From: Chiloscyllium plagiosum
Lineage: Eukaryota
Assembly: GCF_004010195.1 (NCBI RefSeq)
Contig: NC_057719.1
Coordinates: 29,632,419 to 29,696,418, forward strand
Direction: 5' to 3'
Length of the DNA stretch: 64,000 nucleotides
This document shows, piece after piece, positions 13,743 to 26,260 of this stretch (position 1 is the stretch's first letter; each line of letters begins with the position of its first letter). The notes under the pieces are model-generated. The model ran no database searches. It was not told the origin of the DNA and worked only from the letters and a program-made list of their open reading frames with translations. Both the position numbers and the translations under genes were made by a program.

Positions 13743-15514
13743 TTAACTCCATCATGTCAAGTTATGTTGATCTTATAAATTTCAATCAAACCACATCTTG
13801 CTCTTCTAATGTGTAGTAAAAACAAGCCCAACTTGTTCAATCTTTCCTTGGAAGGCAATTTGCTCATTCCAGGTATCAATATAGTAAACCCACTCCGAAC
13901 CGCTTCCAGTGCATTTACATTTTTCCTTGGATAAGCACATCAAAACTACATGCAGTATTTGAAAATGTGGTCTTACTGCTGTCCTGTATAACTGAAGTAT
14001 AAAATCTTTACTTTTATATTCAATTCCTCTTGTAAAATGGCTACCATTCCATTATCTTTCTAGATACAATGCTCTACCTGGAGACTAATCTTTTGGTGAT
14101 TCATGCAGTAGAACACCTCGATTCCCCTGCATCTCATCATTCTGCAGTTTTTCACAGCTTAAATAATACTCTAAATTTTTATTCTTTCTGCTGTGAGCAA
14201 AATTTTCCCACATTATACTCTATCTGCCAACCTTTTGCCCAGTCATTTAACATATCTACATCGATCCGCATCTTTGTTAAGTCATCTTCACAACACACTA
14301 CCTTCCCTATCTTTGTGTCATCTGCAAAATTAGCCACTATGCTTTTGATCCTCTTATTTAAGTCAATGTTATAAATTGAAATTAAAGGCTCAGCAAAGAC
14401 CCCACTCATCACATCCTGCCATTCAGAAAACAAAACATTTTTGCATAATCTTTTTTTACCTATCCATGTTAGTATGTTACCCTCTAAATCATAAGGTGCC
14501 ATTTTTCACAGTAGATTTTAATGTATAAGCTTGTCAATAGTCTTCACGAATATGTAGACTCTCTTTCATTCATAGCACAAATGACTCTAAGACCATAAGA
14601 CATAGGAGCATAATTTAGGCCATTCAGCCCATTGAGTCTGCTCCATCATTCAATCATGACTGATAGGTTTTCAACCTCATTTTTCCACTTTCTCCCATAA
14701 CCTTTGATTCTCTTGGAAATCAATAAATTATCTCTCTCAGTCTTAAATATACTCATTGACCTGGCCTCCACAGCCTTCTGTGTGGTAATGAATTCCACAG
14801 ATTCACCACTCTCTGGCTAAAGAAGTTCCTCTTTACCTCCATTCTAAAGGTCTTCCCTTGACTCTAAAGCAGTGCCCTCGGCTCCTCGTCTCTTCTGCCA
14901 ATGGAAACATCTTCCCAACATTCACTCTGTCCAGGCTGTATTCTGAAAGTTTCAATCAGATCCCCCCATCCTTCTAAACTCCACTGAGTATAGTTCCAGA
15001 GGCCTCAAACATTCCTCATATGTTAAGCCTTTCATTCCTGGGATCATTCTTGTGAACCTTCTTCAGTTTGCGGCTGCAATTTGCTCAGTGCATTCTTTGA
15101 ACTTTCTGATTTACCAAAATCACTGGGATGTTTTTGTATCCTTTATAGTTAAGGCTTAAATAAATATCTATTTGTTATTTCTAAAATTTCTTTATCATCT
15201 AATATTAACTCCCCATTCTCACCACATTGAGGACAACAACTTACACTTTGCTTACTCATTTCACTTTCAGATACCTATAGAAACTCGTCTTCCCCGTTTT
15301 TACATTTCTAGCTAGCTTCCCCCATGTTCTAATTTATTTGTCCTGATGAGCAGTCATTCTCTGCTGATTTTTTGTATTCTGGCCAATCATCTAGCCTGCC
15401 ACTATTATTTTCTTAGGTTTGATGGTCTCCTTAATCTCTTTTGTTAACCATGGATGGAAAGTCTTCCCCTTTTCATTTTCTTTATAGTAGAAATGTACTT
15501 TTTTTTTCTTTAAT

Positions 15515-15870
15515 ATTTATTCACAGGATGTGAGTGTCATTGATCAAGCCAGCATTTATTACCTATCCCTAATTGCCCAGAGGGCAGTTAAGTAACACCC
15601 ATATTGCTGTGGGTCTGGAATCACATTAGACCAGACCAAGTGAGAATTCATAGTTTCTCTCAATGAAGGATATTAGTGAACCAAATGGGTTTTTCCTGAC
15701 AAAGGTTTCATGGTCATCGTTAGACTACTAATTCCAGATACTTACTATGTACATTCAAATTCCACCGTCTGCCATGGAACACTTGAACTCAGGTTCCTAG
15801 AACACTACCTGGGTCATGCGATTAATAAATAGTCTAGCAACAATACTACTCGGCCATCACCTCCCCCTTG
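15515..15870 (-). mobile_element. SINE of a second family (Deu/SacSINE-like); related copies near 26270-26510, 59970-60170 and 61690-62055
   Basis: Head gggaggtgatggccgagtagt, core aatttgaat..tatctggaatt, tail gggcaattagggat..aataaatgctggc shared with the 3' end of the LINE at 22125. Confidence 0.5.
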
Positions 15871-16045
15871 TTCTTATACCTATTCAGAATATTGAGATAT
15901 ATGCTCTTAGATGTCTGTTAATGCATCTCTATTGATCACTGAGCCTAATATCCCAGTTCTTATGCTCAGCTTTCATGTTGACATAGTTGCTCTTATTTAA
16001 GTTTAAAATATGAGTCTAAAATACCCAATATAAAATTCAAACATA

Positions 16046-16717
16046 TAATGACAAAGCAACAACCAAATGCCTGTCATATTTGCTATGGACTAGGTCAGAC
16101 CACTCAAAACATTCTTGAGCAGGCAGCCCAGACCATAACTTTGCAATTTGTTTTGGTAAGTGTACAGTGAAAATTACCCGGAGTGGGCTAGCTAGGTTGA
16201 CTACCAGGTTTTAAAAGAGAAAGAAATTTATTCACAAGATTACATAATGAAACACAAAGAACAGAATAAAGAACCCCTTAAGAACTCAGTCTATCCAAAC
16301 TAGACTTAATTATGCTATTCCAAATTCACACAACAGTCCCTATAAGCAAACACTCTTTAAAAAAAAAGTTAAAAATTGGAACAGATGCTTACAGGTTGAA
16401 GTTATAAGGGCAGAAAGAGAAAGAGCCTTCTTCCACACAGCTGAACTCCTAACTAATTCTGGACTGAACCGCTCAGCTAGAGAGCTGACTACTCCCCTTT
16501 CAGTATACAGGTCACTTCTAAAACATGGCTACTTTGGCCTGAAGTCTCATCTGTTTACATATAAACAAAAAGGCCCCTCAATATCCATTAATCTCTGTAC
16601 CAAATCAGTACCAAATCGGAACTGGAAGCTGGTTTATGACCCCTCTGAAAAAACCAAGGACACAGTATCCTTGAGAAAAGGAACAGCTTTTAGAAAGAAG
16701 GGACCAGCTTTGTGACA
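16046..16717 (-). mobile_element. Probable solo LTR
   Basis: Inverted termini acaaagc / gctttgtgaca; interrupts the CR1 remnant; TSD imperfect. Confidence 0.4.
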
Positions 16718-17204
16718 CATTACACAATACCAAATCTAGTTAGCTTCCTCTATGGTCAATTCCAGAACATGCTGCTCAAAGAAACTATCACAAAACCATT
16801 GTATGAACTCCTCATAAAAGCAAATAACTATTTCTAGTTTATATGCAGTATAAAATTACCCATAATTCTCACTATCCCTTTATCAAATGTTGATTATGTG
16901 TGTTCTTATATACTTCTTGCTCATGGTGACTGTTCAGGGGCTTGTAGATCACTCCAAGAGATTTCTTTTCTTGAGTATTTTCCTCTAGCCAAACAAATAC
17001 TGCATGCTGATCTCTTGAACAAAGGTCATTTTCTAACTGTAACACCAATACCATCTTTATTTGAAGTGTTAAAGATCGACCTTCCTCTAGCTTCTTAGTC
17101 TCCTTGAACACCATATACATCTCAATATTCAGAAACCAATCCTTGACATCTTGCAGCCATGTCTCCATAATAGCTATCAGAACATATTTAGTCACTTCAA
17201 TGTG

Positions 17205-17565
17205 AGGAGTGAGAGATAAAATCGTGAAGAGCATGGATAGGGTAAATAGACAAGGTCTATTCCCTGGGTTGGGGGAGTCCAGACTAAAGTGCATAGGTTT
17301 AGGGTGAGGTGGAAAGATTTAAAAGGACCAAAGGGGCAACTTTTTCACGCAAGGGTGGTACATGTATGGAATGAGCTGCCAGAGGAAGTGGTAGAGGCTG
17401 CTACAGTTACAACATTTAAAAGGTATCTGGGTGAGTACATAAATAGGAAGGGATTAGAAGGAGATGGGCCAAGCGCTGGTAAATGGGACTAAATTTATGA
17501 CACGAGGTTGACATGGACTAGATGGATCGAAGGGTCTGTTTTTGTGTTGTACATTTCTATGAGCG
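17205..17565 (+). mobile_element. CR1 LINE 3' end
   Basis: RVVHVWNELPEEVVEA..TTFKRYL motif plus CR1 3' UTR. Confidence 0.85.
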
Positions 17566-18239
17566 CTATCAAATCAGTTGAAAATGCAATGTGCATTCAG
17601 ATACAGAGCTTATGGCTTGGCTTTTTTGTTATCCCTGGAGCATCGATTCTTGTCAACAACCAGGAAGGTTGGCAATCGAGAGAGAAATCAGAGAACTGTA
17701 GAAGCAGCTCCAAAATAGCAACAATTCAGTCATGCAACCCCTTTGTCAGAATCCCCATCAAACAACACTAACACAAAATTCCTGATACAAAAGCAAGCAA
17801 TAACTCTATTAACTGACTGCCAATAAAGTGAATTGAAATAAAATGGGGAAACTGGACATGGTATTATACATCTTACTCTATTACCTTGTTGATCTCAGAT
17901 TTGTGTATAAATATTGTAGATTAAACAGTTTATTAAACTATTGTAAGATAGATTTTCAATTGGACTATTATTCTGCAACAGAACTCTGCACCGTCAGGAA
18001 CTTATAGTAAATGTGCTACTTTTCAACTTTAATGTGATGAAATCCATTCATTACATACGTAATTGTACCAGGGAAGATGGTTTTGGCTGAAAAGTATCAC
18101 ACTTAATTCCAGACTGGTTAGATGATAACATTCAATACTTCCCTACAACAGGTGTGGGCATATTGCAAGATTTTTAACTGGTCACTCAGGACAGTTTCGG
18201 GGCAGGTCACAAAAGAACAGTTCAAAAGAATGCAGACAA

Positions 18240-18826
18240 TGTTGTGATCTCAGCTGATAGCAATATTTGACATGTTTAATCCCAAGAAGCAACCTGGTTT
18301 GAATTTTGCAGTTGGGTTCCATGGTGGCTAGTCACTGAAACACACGTCTCCAGATGTTCTTTAACAACAGCACATTTACTACTTCAAACAAAACACCAAA
18401 TCTATAGAAAAATCTTAACACAAACATCAAAACAAAATTGCACTCCTATTTCAGTTTCTCAAACCTTTAATTAACTGATGTTTTGCAGTTTCTTTCCCTT
18501 AAACTGTTGACAACATTTATCTCAAAACAATTTCTTTCGCAATCTGATGGCATAAACCTTGCACAAATCTGGTGGCCCAACCTTTCTGAAAATGAATAAG
18601 TTGTAGGTTTCAAAAGAAACTCTTCCAGCATGAAAATTCCACATGAAATCACTTCAGCTAAAGTGACTAGTTCTCCTGACTGACTTGATTCTTCTGCCAG
18701 AGCAAACCATTCTACTTTCTGAATTAAACTCCAGGTTATTCTAAGCAAAAACTTTGAACCTTCTATTCAGAAGTCAAACTAAACTAATTTCTTAAATGCA
18801 TATATAATACATCTTTCCTCACAACA
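18240..18826 (-). mobile_element. Probable solo LTR nested in another LTR-like repeat (about 18150-19735)
   Basis: Perfect terminal inverted repeat TGTTGTGA...TCACAACA; no TSD seen. Confidence 0.45.
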
Positions 18827-19758
18827 GGACTGAAGGTCAAGGAGTTGTGAAACAGATAACTGGAGAAATAGACAGGGGCAGGCTCCATGCTGTGAGTACT
18901 GATTTTTAGCTTTCTGGTAGGGAAGGAATCAAGAGCAATGAGATAGCTGTGTTGTTATGACGAACTCAGGAAGAGGTTCTAAGAAGTTGCAGGTAGACAC
19001 AAATTGGCACTAGGACTCAAAAGCAGCCCTAAGAAGGTGAGAATGTGAAGGCTGATGGTTTGTATTAAGAGAAGTGCAGTTGAGACAATGAGAGTCGAAA
19101 AGCCATATGCAGTACTTGCTTGGTGCATCTGAGCTAAATTAAAGCTCAGGCAAAACGTGTGGCAGTTTTTAGTTTGGTGAAGCTGATGTGGGCGAAAAAG
19201 TTGACTCATGCTTGTGAATAAGTGATGGAGTGCATTTTTCAGAGTCTGGGAAAGTATGGACCAAGGAGGGAGTGATTGATTAGAACAGGTGCAAGTCATT
19301 GTGGCAATACAAGATGGATGGCTTTTGAGGGGCAGTCTCAAGGCAGATCAATAAAAGTGAAGAATTATGATTCCTTGTGAAGTCTAATGTGTTTTGATGA
19401 CCATCATGTCATCAATGTTTGGGGGAGTAGCTCAGAAAATCTTTGGGATCTTACTTGATTTCATTTGCTATTTGATGTGCACTGTGGTGTATTCAATCAC
19501 AATATATGATCTATGTTTACCACTTGTTAATTCTGGATGTTAGAAAAAAGTTGCACATGTATTGCAGATAGCACTACTATTCTAACTTTTAAAGTGAAGT
19601 TTATCATTGCTGTTTAAAAACATTGAGTTTTGCAGCTGTATTCTGTTAGGAATATCAGTTCTTTCAACTTTAAAACTTTATTTCGTCCCCAGTCAGATCA
19701 TAAAGTTTGCAGTCTGGTCTGAATCATGACGAGTGACACTATAAACATTTTTACAAAC

Positions 19759-19899
19759 CGTGGAAAACCAGTTGGTGCTTTGGTCGACAGATGGATTTGG
19801 TTTCTTTTTGCTTAACTGAGTCAGATTCTGAGCGCAGTTCAATAAACTGAGGCAACGAGGGCGCTCTTCATCAGTCCGTGAATGGGCTAATAAAGAAAC
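19759..19899 (-). CDS. LRRC9: LRRC9 exon, VSLLAHSRTDEERPRCLSLLNCAQNLTQLSKKKPNPSVDQSTNWFST
   Basis: Pyrimidine tract plus tag acceptor, gtttgt donor, 141 nt, phase 0/0. EERPR motif matches LRRC9. Confidence 0.9.
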
Positions 19900-20179
19900 C
19901 TAGCGGAGAAGAGAAAAGGATTTTAGTTTAATGGTAAAACTTATGTTATATGTGATAACTCCAATCAATGTGTTGCACACATTTAAAATTTTGTGATTCC
20001 ATCCCTTGGGTGAATACCAATATTATGCAATCTTCATATCCTATTTTACTTTGAGCTGTTCATCAAATATTATATACTTTACATCACAAAAATCATCTAT
20101 ATGGATTTTTTAACAACTCTCATTTAAGCCCTTTCTTCAGTTCATTTGTAGGCAAAGTCCTTGACTGTTCCAAACATGA

Positions 20180-20500
20180 GGGGTGGCACGGTGGCTCAGT
20201 GGTTAGCACTGCTGCCTCACAGCACCATGGACCCAGGTTAGATTCCAGCCTTGGGCAACTGTCTGTGTGGAATTTGCACATTCTCCCAGTATCTGCGTGG
20301 GTTTCCTCCGGGTGCTCCAGTTTCCTCCCACAATTCAAAGATGTGCAGGTTAGGTGAATTGGCCATTTTAAATTGCCATTAGTGTTAGGTGCATTAATCG
20401 GAGGGAAATGGATCTGGGTGGGTTTCTCTTTGGAGAGTCGGTGTGGACTTGTTGGGCCAAAGGGCCTGTTTCCACACTGTAGGGAATCTAAACATCTAAA
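20180..20500 (+). mobile_element. Full-length V-SINE (HE1-like)
   Basis: tRNA head with A/B boxes, V-core and tail atctaaacatctaaaca. Confidence 0.88.
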
Positions 20501-22124
20501 CATGTCCTGGTTGGCCTAGTATCCTCCATGATTCATAAACTTCAGCACATCCAAAATTCTGCTGTTCATCATTAATTTATACCAAGTCCCATTCATCTAT
20601 CACTCCTGTGTTCACTGTCCTCGAACTTGCATTTGATTAGAAAATCAAAATACTCGACTCAACACTGCAAGTAAAAACTGAAAATGCTAGAAACACAAAA
20701 GATAGAGAAGGAGAAAAAATAAAATTTTAAGACAATAATCTCTTATCAAAACTGATTTTAAAACAAGGTTCTCAACTTCCAGCCCCTCCACTTTAAAATT
20801 CCCATCCTCACATTCAAACCCTTTGTTGGTATCACCTTTCTATTATTTCTCCAATGTTTCTACAGCACACCAAGAACTAGGAGTTCCAATTTTCATCTTT
20901 TGTTCATCACCTACTCTCTTTACCCCAGTAATGGGAACCATAAGCAGAACTTTTCCACTTCCTAAATGACCTGGGCAATGAGACATTTGGGAAGGTATAG
21001 TGAGAATGGAAAGTGAAATTCTAAACAGCAAGAAAAAAAGTTCAACTTTCCACAAAGTTCCAATGACTACATGAACATCTGATTAATAAGTGGCAAGAAG
21101 CCTATTTGCATCCATTAATAAGTGATTATTTCAGAATCTCACTCATTCATATGTAGGTTGCTATTTTCCCAAGCAGCTGGGAGAAACTTGATGGTTCCAA
21201 TTCCCAATTTGAAAATCAGAACAATTATTTGGAGAAGGATTTGAAGAAGAATCATTCGATTCAAAACAATAACTTAGTTTCCTCTTCACATTTGCTGCCA
21301 GATCTACTAAGTTCTCCAGTAATTTCCATCTTTGTTTCAGATCTCCAGTATCCACAGTCCTTTGTTTTATTTAACCAGTTACCTAGTGGCTGCTGCTCAC
21401 TTGCATCTTCTGTAGCCATCCAACTTGGCTAGCATTCCCCAACATCTTAGGGTATACTCCATAGGTAGCGACTATCTGGATTCTCAATTGTTGGAGGTTG
21501 GCATCAGTAAAGCACCACATCATCATGGCACCATCACCAACTCAATTCTCATAGTTCAGCTCTTCACCTTTGAACTTTGGAACACACTGACACCTTTTAT
21601 TGCAATGCTGCTGCCATGCTGCTTTGTGTGCTGAGACAGGCATCTATCTTATGTCGTACAGAGTGCATCTCAGGGCTCTTCGCTTGCTTTCTTGCATTCA
21701 CTTGCTTTGCGTCTACTTGGATGCTCACAGCATTTCTGCCTTGCCTTTTTGTGCATTACCACTTGAATCAGAACTTGAATATGTGTATTGCCTTGCCTTT
21801 TGGGATAGAAAAAAGCCAAGCAGCTTGGATTAATTTCATTTCAGAGGATGGCCCATGTCAGTTCAGAGGGTTCACAGCAACCAGTCTGGTAGTTTGTGGT
21901 AAGTCATTCAGGGAGATGCACAGAAATCAACCAGAATTCTGGTCAGTTATCAACCAACATGTTGTTCCAAGTTATTTGACAAGATAGACCACATTTAGTC
22001 CTGGGGGTCTGTTCACTAAACATTAAGGGGGCCACAGTTGTGCTTAGGAAGTTGGGGAGGTCAATCTTTAAGATTGGAGGTAGCATGCTATGACTGAGAG
22101 AAGACAATAATTGTGATTTGTTTT

Positions 22125-25100
22125 GTATTCATTTTGTGGGATGTGGGCATCACTGGCTGGCCAGCATTTTTTGCCTATCCCTAGTTGCTCTTGAGGGATA
22201 GGCAATAAATGTTGGTCAATTGTTGTATGGAACTGTTGCAGTCCAACAATGCTTTAGGAATGGAATTCCAGGATTGTGATCCGGGGGGGGGTAACACCAT
22301 TGAATCACAAGGAGCGATGGTTAGATTGCCTTTTATTGGTGATGGTCATAGCCTGGCATTTGTATGGCTTGAATGTTACTTGCCAATTGTCAGCCCAAGC
22401 CTGGATATCGTATTTGGACGTGGACTGCTTCATAGAACATAGAACAATACAGCACAGAACAGGCCCTTCGGCCCACGATGTTGTGCCGAACATTTGTCCT
22501 AGCTTAAGCACCCATCCATGTACCTATCCAATTGCCGCTTAAAGGTCGCCAATGATTCTGACTCTGCCACTCCCACAGGCAGCGCATTCCATGCCCCCAC
22601 CACTCTCTGGGTAAAGAACCTACCCTTGACATCCCCCCTATACCTTCCACCCTTCACCTTAAACTTATGTCCCCTTGTAACACTCTGTTGTACCTGCGGA
22701 AAAAGTTTCTGACTGTCTACTCAATCTATTCCTCTGATCATCTTATAAACCTCTATCAAGTCACCCCTCATCCTTCGCCGTTCCAATGAGAAAAGGCCTA
22801 GCACTCTCAACCTATCCTCGTACGACAGATTCTCCATTCCAGGCAACATCCTGGTAAATCTTCTCTGCACCCTCTCCAAAGCTTCCACATCTTTCCTAAA
22901 GTGAGGTGACCAGAACTGCACACAGTACTCCGAATGTGGCCTTACCAAGGTCCTGTACAGCTGCAACATCACCTCATGACTCTTGAATTCAATCCCTCTG
23001 CTAATGAACGCTAATACACCATAGGCTTTCTTACAAGCTCTATCCACCTGAGTGGCAACTTTCAATGATCTATGAACATAGTCCCCAAGATCCCTCTGCT
23101 CCTCCACCTTACTAAGAACCCTACCGTTAACCCTGTATTCCGCATTCTTATTTGTCCTTCCAAAATGGACAACCTCACACTTGACAGGGTTGAACTCCAT
23201 CTGCCACTCCTCAGCCCAGCTCTGCATCATATCTAAGTCCCTTTGTAGCCGACAACAGCCCTCCTCACTATCCACAACTCCACCAATCTTCATATCATCT
23301 GCAAATTTACTGACCGATCCTTCGACTCCCTCTTCCAAGTCATTAATAAAAATTACAAACAGCAGAGGACCCAGAACTGATCCCTGCGGAACTCCACTTG
23401 TAACTGGGCTCCAGGTTGAATATTTACCATCTACCACCACTCTCTGACTTCGACCGGTTAGCCAGCTTCAGTATCTGAGGAGTCGGGAATGGTACTGAAC
23501 ATTATGCAGTCATTGGTGAACATGCTCACATCTGACCTTATGATCGAGAGGACCATTATTAGGCAAAGTAATTGTATAGGTGGATACGATCATTAGAAGC
23601 TGAAACCACATGTCTCCTATCTCACATATTTGTTAACAGAACCCATGTTGAAGACCAAAGGATTGCAACTGCTGAAGATTGAATTGATGTATACAACTAA
23701 AACTTCATCCTTCACCTTCAAATTCAAAAAAAAGAGAAAAATAGGAGAGTGAAAGGAAAGCAACCAACCAGAGTAAAGCATGGATAGACGTGAAAGTCTT
23801 AAGGTCTCCTCCTCAAAACAGAAGGGAAGTCCTTGTGGAGGATGTCCTTGTTCTAGATCCAAGTAATCGTAGGTCTTGCTAGGTACTTACTCATGATCTT
23901 TGGTGAAGTTCTGCAATGCAACTTGTACACGTGGCTACTACTGAATGTCAATGGTGGAGTGGATGTTTAGTGGATATGGCGCCAGTCAAGTAGGCTGCTT
24001 TGTCCTAGATGGTGTCAAGCTTCTTGAGTGTTGTTGGAGCTGCACCCATCCAGGCAAGCGAGGAGCATTCCATCACACTGTGTCTTGCAAATGTTGGACA
24101 GGCTTTGGGGAGACAGGAGGGGAATTCTTGCCCCACTATTCCTAGCTTCTGATCTGCTCTTCTAGCCACTGAATTTATGTAGTGAGTCGAGTTGAGTTTC
24201 TTATCAATGGTAACCCCAAGGATGTTGTTACTGGGGGATTAAGTGATGGCAACTCATTAGGAGATGCCTGGCACTTGTGAATGTTACTTACATTTGTCAG
24301 CTCAAGCCTGGATAGTGACTAGTTTTTGTCACATTTAAACATGGACTGTTTCAGTATCTGATGTTTTGCTGAACATTGTGCAATCAGCAGCGAACATCCC
24401 CACTTCTGACCTAATGATGGAGGGCACGTCTTTGATGAAGCATTCCTATGTGCTAGGTAAGACTCCAAGACAGTGCAGATTTTGTCCCTGATATCCACTG
24501 ATTCCAGTTTTGTTAGGACTCTTTGATGCCACACTCAGTCAAATGTTTCACTCTCTTCTCACCTCTGGAATTCAGCTGTTTTGTCCATGCTGGAACCAAA
24601 GTTGTAATGAGGTCAGGAGCTGATGGCCCTGGAAGAACACCAAACTTGGCATTACTGAGCAGGTTATTGCTCAGCAGGTGCTGTTTGATGACACGTACCA
24701 TCACTTTACCGACTATTGAGAAATGACTTTTGGCTGGGTTGGATTTGTCCTGCTTTTTATGTGCAGGATATAGCTGGGTAAATTTTCACATTGTTGGATA
24801 GTTGGCAGTGTTGTACCTATTCTGAAAGAGCTTGGTTATGGGAATGGCAATCCTGGAGTACAAATCTTCACTTCTAATACCAGAATGTTGTAAGGGCGTG
24901 GAGCCTTTGCTGTATCCAGTGCCTCCATACATGTCTTGATATCACATGGAGTGAACTGAATTGGCTGAATGCTGATATGTGTTATGCTGGGGATTACCAG
25001 AGGAGGCCAAGATGGATCATCCCCACTTTGTGGCTGAAAGTTGCTGTGAATGCTTCAGCCTTGTCTTTTGTTCTTGTTGGACTCTTACATTGAGGATATT

Positions 25101-26260
25101 TGTGGAGCCTTCTCCTCCAATAAGTTATTTCTCCACCACCATTCATGACTGCTTAGAGCAAAGCTTAGATCTGATCCATTGATTAGGGGATTGCTTAGTT
25201 CTGTCTATCACTTACTGTATAGGCTGTTTGGCTTGCAAGTATCTTGTTTATCACCTCATTTTTAGGTATGCCTGATGCTGCTCATGCCCTCCAGCACTCT
25301 CCACACAGGTCTGACCCTCTGGTTTCCTGGTAATGGAAAATGCTGGGCCATGAGGTTGCAGATTGTGCTGGAGTACAGTTCAGTTGCCATTCATGGCCCA
25401 CAGCACCTCATGGATGCCCAGACTTGAGTTGGTACATCTGTTCAAAGTCTGTCCCATTTAGCATGGTGGTAGTACCAAAGAACACGATTGAGAGTATTCT
25501 CAATGTGAAGGCAGGACTTCATCCCTGCAATAACTGTGCAATGGCCATTCTTGACAGGTGGACAGATGAATTTGCAGCTGGCAGATTGGTAAGGGTGATG
25601 TCAGGTATGTTTTCCCTTTTTGTTGGATGCCTCACCACCAGCCGCAGACACAATCTAGCTGCTATATCCTTTAAGACCTGAGCAACTCAGTCAGTAGTGT
25701 AACTGCTGATATACTCTTGGTTGTGGATATTGAAACTCCCCCACCCAGAGTACCTCTTGCTCTCGTCACCCACAGTATTTCTTCTCGGTGTTGTTCAACA
25801 TGGAGTGGTACGGATTTAACAATTGGGAGACCACCCAATTGTAAACAGCAGGGGGGGGGGTGGTGTTCCGTGCCCATGTTTAACCTGAAGCCATGATGTC
25901 CACAGTCAATGTTGAGCATTCAGAGGCCAAGTCTGCCCCGACTGTGTTCCATTGTGTTGGTACCTCAGCTGAGTATGTCCCTGGGACAGAACGTATCCAG
26001 AGATAGTGATGGTGGTGTATGGGACATTGTCTCTTGGGTACGGTTCTATGAGTATGGCTATGTCAGATTGTTGCCCGACTAGTCTATGAGACAGCTCTCC
26101 CACTTTTGGCACTAGCCCCAGATGTTAGTATGGCGGACATTGCAGGGTCGACAGGGCTGTATCTGCTATTGTCTTTTCCTATGCCTTGGTCAATGCCATG
26201 TGGTCTGTCCAGTTTCATTTCTTTGTTGAGACTTTATAGCAATTGATACAACTGAATGAC
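22125..26260 (-). mobile_element. Near full-length degraded ORF2 LINE (CR1/L2 group) with nested insertions
   Basis: Endonuclease PKVGELSHRLV.QQSDIAIL.E (25906-26112); RT pieces NNLLSNAKFG..SAPDLIT.L and IQAWADNWQVTF.P.KCQAM. Confidence 0.75.
22433..23464 (-). mobile_element. Young 5'-truncated CR1 (RT C-terminal part and 3' UTR)
   Basis: Uninterrupted 239-aa ORF (GVPQGSVLGPLLF, KFADD), (atagaac)n tail, 6-bp TSD gcttca. Confidence 0.92.

Larger units (their letters stand above)
13745..17200 (-). mobile_element. Old CR1 ORF2 remnant with nested CR1 tail (14590-15060), SINE and LTR
   Basis: ORF 14179-14502 FADDTKIG..W...WQ.EYNV.K (RT); ORF 16872-17294 IAIMETWLQ..W.LNI (endonuclease). Confidence 0.7.
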
